Assembly (NCBI GenBank): GCA_964016885.1
Contig: CAXHJY010001261.1
Location: 1 to 64,000 of the forward strand
DNA length: 64,000 nt
Reading direction: 5' to 3'
Source of the DNA: Eledone cirrhosa
Taxonomy: Eukaryota
Numbering within the stretch: the first letter of the stretch is position 1; each line of letters opens with the position of its first letter. A program made the translations under genes and the position numbers. A model generated the notes under the pieces. It was not told where the DNA came from. It saw only the letters and a list, made by a program, of their open reading frames with translations, and did not search any database. Below, piece after piece: positions 57,783 through 64,000 of this stretch.

Positions 57783-59039
57783 GTCCTGGAAAATAATAGA
57801 GAGTAAAAAGATGGTTAGGTCAGCAAGAATACTTTTGCAGATTTGTTGTTGTTTAGTGCTAGGTCTGCTCTAAAGGAACAGACCTTTGATCAAAGTCATT
57901 CCAGCTGAGACCAACCTGTCTTTTTCCTATGTCGAGGGATGACAGGAACAAAGTAGAGAGTGATTTGAGGAAAATTTGGCAACTATTTCCAGCAGGCTCT
58001 CTTATTGGCTAGTGCGTTTGAGGGTTATTTATCATGGTGGATGTGTATGTGGAGTAGAGGGATAGCAAGAGAGTGTGTCTGTTTATGTGTGAGCATGTAT
58101 GAATATGTGAGTGTGTTTATATGAGTCTGTAGCTGTATGTAGGAGTATATGAAGGAGAGAAAGTATGGTTGTGTAAGTGTAAGGGAAGAGAGAGAAAGAG
58201 AGTAGAGGTGAGATGATCTACATATAAATGTATGTCAACCTGGTGGTGTTCATTTTTCTCCAGTTCTGAAATTACAACCATTAATCACAAGTAGAATGTA
58301 TATATGTATGTTCAGATGGTTGGAACATGTACAAAGAACAGATAACAGTAGGCTGGCCACACAACTTTATACCAACTATGTATCAGGAAAAGAAACCAAG
58401 TAAGACCTAGACTGAGATTCAAAGATACTGCAAAAGGAATATGAAGTGGAATGGAACTGATCATAAATGGCAAACTCGAGAAAAAAAAAAACCAGTATGG
58501 AGAAAGTTTATCAAGCCAAGCCAAAGCCATAAACAGTCATAGTCGCATTGACTGACAGCTTGATAATGTGATGAACTTTCCTTACTTCTAACAATGAATG
58601 CTCCATGTTCCAGTTGTATGATCAATCAAACAACCAGCTCATGAAATCAACATGCAAGTGAGTGAACATTGTGTGAGATTGGTTGTCTCTTTGAATTAAA
58701 GAAACAACTCTTTTTTTTTTTTTTTTTCTTTCTTTTTTTCTCCAGCTGAACCAACTGGAGTGACATGAAAGGATGTGAAATAAAATCTGGTTCCAAATGC
58801 AGTTCACCTCTGTGACACTTTTGAACAGAAGAGAACTTCAATACAGTTGCTTAGCAGCCAAATCACACACTACCATCTATTAAAAAACAAACAGACAGAT
58901 AGGAGAATGTGTGCTAGGTATACAAAAACAAAAAGAGGATGGTCAAGACTGCAATGTCTTTTGCTATAATTTAACTGGTACCTATTTTTATCAATTCCTA
59001 AAGGATGAAAGGCAAAGCTATTTAGTATATGTATATTAT

Positions 59040-59372
59040 ATGACAAAAAAAGCACCCAATCCACACTGTAAAGTGGTTGTGTTCATAACAACAAAAAAGC
59101 ACCCAGTCCACACTATAAAGCAGTCATATTGGTGTCACAACAAAAGTGCCCAGTCCACACTGTAAAGTGGTTGTGTTAGTGACACAATGAAAAGCATTGT
59201 CTACACTCTAAATGTGGTTGGCATCACGAAAGGCATCCAGCCATAGAAACGAAGCCAGAAACAGTTCTGTATGAGCAAGACATGGTTATCTGAACAGACT
59301 TGTCCCACAACAGGACAACTCATCAAACCCATGCTAACATGGAAAAATGAATGTAAATGGTGATGATGATGA
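59040..59372 (+). mobile_element. Old RTE-3'-UTR/SINE tail remnant with internal AGCACCCAGTCCACAC repeats
   Basis: GAAAGGCATCCAGCCATAGAAAC...ACCCATGCTAACATGGAAAA...(GAT)n. Similar decayed copies at ~200-560, ~29495-29745, ~30805-31075, ~50090-50310 and ~52960-53260 (all -). Confidence 0.6.
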
Positions 59373-59633
59373 TTGCTAACATAAGTACAAGGCCTCAATT
59401 TGAGGGCTGGGGAGTTAATCAGAGCAACCCCTAGAAGATGAATGGTAGTTATTTTTATCAACTCCTAAAGTTGAAAGTCAAAGTTGACCTCCACAAGATT
59501 TGAACTAAGGTTTGCAATTATCAATCCACAGGAAATACTGAAATTTCAATAACTAGAACACTTTCTGTTCTATACTGTTGTGGCAGTCAGCAGTATTTGA
59601 AAGGTTTACATAGTATTATTTGTATTAGTTTTA

Positions 59634-59850
59634 GGGCGGTGGATTGGCAATATTGGTAGAGCATCGGACATGCTTTGTGGCATAGAGTTACAACCCTTTA
59701 CGTTCTGAATTCAAATCTTGCCAAAGTTAGCTTTGATTTTCATCCTTACAAGGTCAATAAAATAAGAACCAGTAACACATTGGGGTTGATTTAATCAACT
59801 TTCCCCTCTCCCCTTCAAACTGCTGGACTTGTATCAAATGTCGAAACAAT
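59634..59850 (+). mobile_element. tRNA-derived SINE with Meta-like central domain (decayed)
   Basis: TTGGCAATATTGGTAGAGCA...TTCTGAATTCAAATC...TTTCATCCTTACAAGGTCAATAAAATAAGAACCAG. Other copies at ~54220-54375 (-), ~61365-61505 (-) and ~26995-27065 (-). Confidence 0.6.
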
Positions 59851-60512
59851 TATTTGTATGATATGTCAATTAGTTAGTTGTAGGAGTTGTCAACTGATAA
59901 CAGCAGTTGACAGTTGCAGTTCTAAAAATGTAAATAAAGATGTAGATGATGAGGTGAAAGATAAGTGAAATATTTGGGTAGGTTTGTATATGTGTGCTGT
60001 GTATGAAACAGTTCAGAATTGGGTATGTCAGACTCATATATAAACAACAAATTTACTCTTGCATTTTAGCTCCCTTTATACTGCAACAACAAAAGCTTGT
60101 GGGCCGTCACCTATTTTTCACCTTGTCCTTTGGCTTATGTACGAGCAACACACATATGCACTGCCCCAGTTAATAGGGCACGCATACTTCTTTTAATAAA
60201 ATGGCTGTCATAAAGGGGTCATCAGTTGATAACAACAATTGACAGTTGTAATTCTAAAAACATAAGCCTATAGGGTAGGAGAAAAGATAGGTGAAATATC
60301 TAGGTAGGGTTGTGTATGTAGGGAGTGGCACATAAACAACTGACAATTGATACCCTGTTCTCAATAGGTTTGAGATAAAATACATCTAATCTATAAGAAA
60401 ATCAACTACCACTACTATTACTATTAAGGACAACTAATGTTTCCTTTCTCCTTATAGTGCCAGATGGAAGGTCATCTACCTATGAAAATGGAACAACACT
60501 AATAAGCAACAT

Positions 60513-60795
60513 ACGTGGCCTAGTTGTAAGAGTGTTGGATTTATGATCATAACGTCATGGGTTTAATTCCTGGACTGGGTTGTGTGTTGTGGTCTAGATT
60601 AAAACACTTCATTCCACATTGCTCCAGTATACTCAGCTGAAAATGAGTATCGGCATTAGCTGAGAGTTTAACCTTGTGATGGACTGCCGTCCTGTCCAAA
60701 GAGGAGTATTGTACTCTCAGTTGCTTAACTCCATGGAAACCAGGATAAGCACTGGCCTGATGAGCTTCTGGGCTTGTGACAGAAATGAAACTTTA
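60513..60795 (+). mobile_element. CORE-type SINE, second family
   Basis: Collinear with 28339-28620. Confidence 0.72.
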
Positions 60796-61950
60796 GAGAT
60801 GTACTTTGGCACACCAATGGAGGATAAAGAAGGCTTGAGCTTTAGCTCCCCAGATGAACACGTGAAGAAATGATAATGGTACAGCCATATAGACCATAGT
60901 TATGAACCTGGAGCTATAATTATCACTCATTAACATGTTACATGTTTTTCCATGCTGGTATGGGTGGGACAGCTCTGACAGTGTCTTGCCATTCACTGTG
61001 GTCATTGTTCATCCAGATGCAGAGATAAATAACCAGCCAACCATGGTATTGTAAATTTCTTTCTCATTTTTTTTTTTTCTTCTTTTATATGTTTATGGCT
61101 AGATGTCTCTCTCATCACCAACAAATTTAAAGCTTAAAATGAATTCTTTTTATCATAGCACTAGACTTCAGTATTTCATTTAGCTCTGTTTTCCTGTGTA
61201 ACTAGTTGCACTCACAATAACCTCACCATCAACAACAATCAACTTGGGGTATATAATAAACACTAAAGCAAGCAAACAAAAATATAAAACCCAAACCTCA
61301 GGACTTACAAACATGAACTACTAGACACTGCACACGTGTGCGTGCGGGGGGGGGGGGGACAATTGACCCCCAGTACTAGGCTGGTACTTCTTTTTTTATC
61401 AATCTTGAAATGATGAAAGGCAAAGTTGGCTTTGGCAGGATTTGAAATGAATACTACAAAGCCTTCTATCTAATGTTCTAACAACTCTGCCAATTCGCTG
61501 CCTCATAATAAAAATAAGACAACTTGATAATAAGAACAATGCCAAGTGAAAGAAACTATAAGAGGAATAAGCTTACAGAAAAACAATTTAACAACTTGTG
61601 TTTCTAACTTCATTTTAGGCATTTCAGTTATGACACTAATATGTATGCATGCATGTGTATGTGAGTACACATATCACATGCATATTATTTGTCAAATGTT
61701 ACAGGTTAAATAAAAATCCACTTCTTATTGTGTCTTTTTTTTTTTCCATTTTTGTCAGCTATATATACTGATGAAATTGAATAGAATATTGTTGAAATTG
61801 GCTGTGAAACATGTAATTTGAATAGTGTGTGTGGTGGTTACATAGAAATACCAGTATCTAATGTAAAGAGAAAATAATGATATTACTTTAACACATATAC
61901 AAATATACAAATGCACACACAAATAAATAAATAAATAAATACACATATAT

Positions 61951-62308
61951 GGCATCTGCCTGCAACAGGTACTATGTAACCCAGTACAACCTGCTTCATG
62001 ATCCAGTGGTCTGCGAATAAATCGGCTCCCCTACCAGACCCTTGTCTGGTGAGGAGGGTATGTGGAACCCCAGCAGCACAAAAAAAAAACAAGAGCTGAA
62101 AAAGGGGTGAATGAACTCCTCAGAGTCAACGGCCATCCACCCCAACTATGGGTTAAAGAACCTCACCAACCCACAATTGGCCAAGCATGGTGAGTATGGC
62201 TACACCCTTGACATGACCAAAACCAAACAAAAGGTAGTGGAAGTCAATCAAGGAGGGGTTCCTCCAACAGGAGTGAGAAGGCTCTGGATTGGATTGGATT
62301 GGATTTGG
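61951..62308 (+). mobile_element. Second short non-autonomous RTE-like family with (GGATT)n tail
   Basis: The 5' part (ATGTAACCCAGTACAACCTG...GGTGAGGAGGGT...AGAGTCAACGGCCATCCA) is homologous to the 5' part of the 606-bp element. The same tail is seen at positions 1-36. Confidence 0.65.
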
Positions 62309-64000
62309 TAGGTTACTAATCAATAAACAAGAAAGATGAAATGATAAATTAAAAGTGAAGGAAATAAGAGCAGACATAGCTGTATGGTTAAAAAGTATGA
62401 TCCACCTGCATGTTACCTTGGTCTAGTGTCTTTTATTTTAGTCTTGGGTTGACCAATATTTGTGAGTGGAATTTGGTAAACAGAAACTATGTAGAAGCCT
62501 GTTGCATACACACAACAACACATATATGATTGGAAGCTTTTCCTAACACTAACCACTTTACAGAGTGGACTGGGTGTATGTTATTGTGCAGTCAATGCAA
62601 ATGACATGATAGGATATTAGATGAGAGGGCAGCAGTAATTATATATTCATTCAGATTTCATAGCTTACCATAGGCGCTGGGTAGGGAGGGCCCTTAGGCA
62701 CAAAGCAATTATTTTAATGAATCCAGTGCATAGAAAACAACATAACAGCAGTTAATATAGTCTTTTCAAAGGTTTTGAGTTGATGGAGGTGATGGCGTGA
62801 AAGGCAGCTATCATCTACCTTAAATTTGGAAGGTTCTGATAATTTTACAGTGTACAAGAGAATCATCATCATCAATATCATCACCACCATTTATCATGTT
62901 TTCCATTCTATAAAGGATGTCTTTCAAATCACACTACACAGTCTTTAAAAAAGGGAAGAACATATTGGATAATGAAGTGCTAGATATGCTAAATCTGAAA
63001 ATAAGATGGGATGGTCATGGCTAGAATGCCTTTGATAATGGGTCTACTGTATCAGGACTGATCTGCAGTTAAACAACAACACTATACAATTGTAAAATTA
63101 TAATCTCTCATATTTGATGTAAGGTCTTTAGAGCACTGGCTTAAATGCCAAACAATATTCCTCTTACAGTCAATTTTGCCTTTCAGGTTTGACAAATAGA
63201 ATACCAGTCCAAGGTGGTGGATTCCAGTAATCTGTTCAGGCTCTCCACCTTCTGCCACAAGTAAAGTGGTATCATAACAGGACTAAGACACCTATAATTA
63301 AAACACCCAAAAAACCTGCTACGAGACATAGCCTCATAGAGGGGCCATTGAAACTTATGCAAATGTGAGACAGAAATGAAAAAGATTAAAAAACATTAGG
63401 TGTCAAGCATCTTCACTCACATATTTCTGAGAGGGTTCTCAAGCACGCCTACCAGTAGGTCCTGTCAGAAGCAACTGTCTTCAATTGTTCTGGCTGAATA
63501 CCCAAGTGTGACCAGCTGAGCTCATGGATATTATCCAACCATCTTGCTCAAGGTCTATACCTGGGTATCCTGCCAGTGTCAAGCAATTAAAGAAAACATT
63601 GCTAGATGTCAGTAGTGTATAGTGTAAGTATTTAAGTGAAATGGACATATTTGTATTGGCAGTGGGGTTTTGGCAGTGATTAAATCAAAGTTTCACTGCC
63701 AGCAAATAGAGCAGCAGTCAAAGGGAGCCTTTATACTGGACTGCATAAAAGTAGCAGCCAAATTTCCCTAAAATTTCACTACTATATTATTAAAAAAAAA
63801 GAAAGAAATATTAGATCATCATCATCATCATTGTAACCACAGTTGAACATTCCTAACAAAGTCTATCCACAATTCACGATTCTCCATTGCTCCTTACTGA
63901 GGTTTGTATCATCTGAGAGTTGATCAATGAAGGTTTGAGCAGGTCTTCTACTATGTCTCCTGTGTGTTGGTTCCCACAACAGTAGTTTGTATATAACTTC

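Overview
This is AT-rich animal genomic DNA; the repeat repertoire strongly suggests an octopus or other coleoid cephalopod. One host gene runs across the window on the minus strand. I reconstructed 8 phase-compatible GT-AG coding exons (57782 down to 823; 705 nt, 235 aa, continuing past the left edge) that resemble the N-terminal half of invertebrate PRAS40/Lobe (AKT1S1). Its introns are inflated by multi-kb (TA)n/(TACA)n arrays and many mobile elements: RTE and CR1-type LINEs, a ~600-bp bipartite non-autonomous RTE derivative in tandem, tRNA-derived SINEs, a Tc1/mariner (maT-like) element, a Penelope-like 3' end and a ~550-bp-arm inverted repeat. Five things stand out. (1) A hAT transposon with intact TIRs and an 8-bp TSD has swollen to 15.4 kb with nested LINEs. 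(2) A full-length CR1-type LINE has an AUG-less ORF2 linked to ORF1 by a G_GGA_AAC -1 slippery site directly before the ORF1 stop, plus a 506-bp internal duplicate appended at its 5' end. (3) There are two minimal type-I hammerhead ribozymes, one inside a 308-nt retrozyme/pLTR-like partial tandem. (4) Two non-autonomous RTE-derived families share a conserved, structured, possibly HDV-like 5' RNA. (5) Retro-fragments form co-oriented trains joined by TA linkers. Family names come from motif recognition only; no database search was run.
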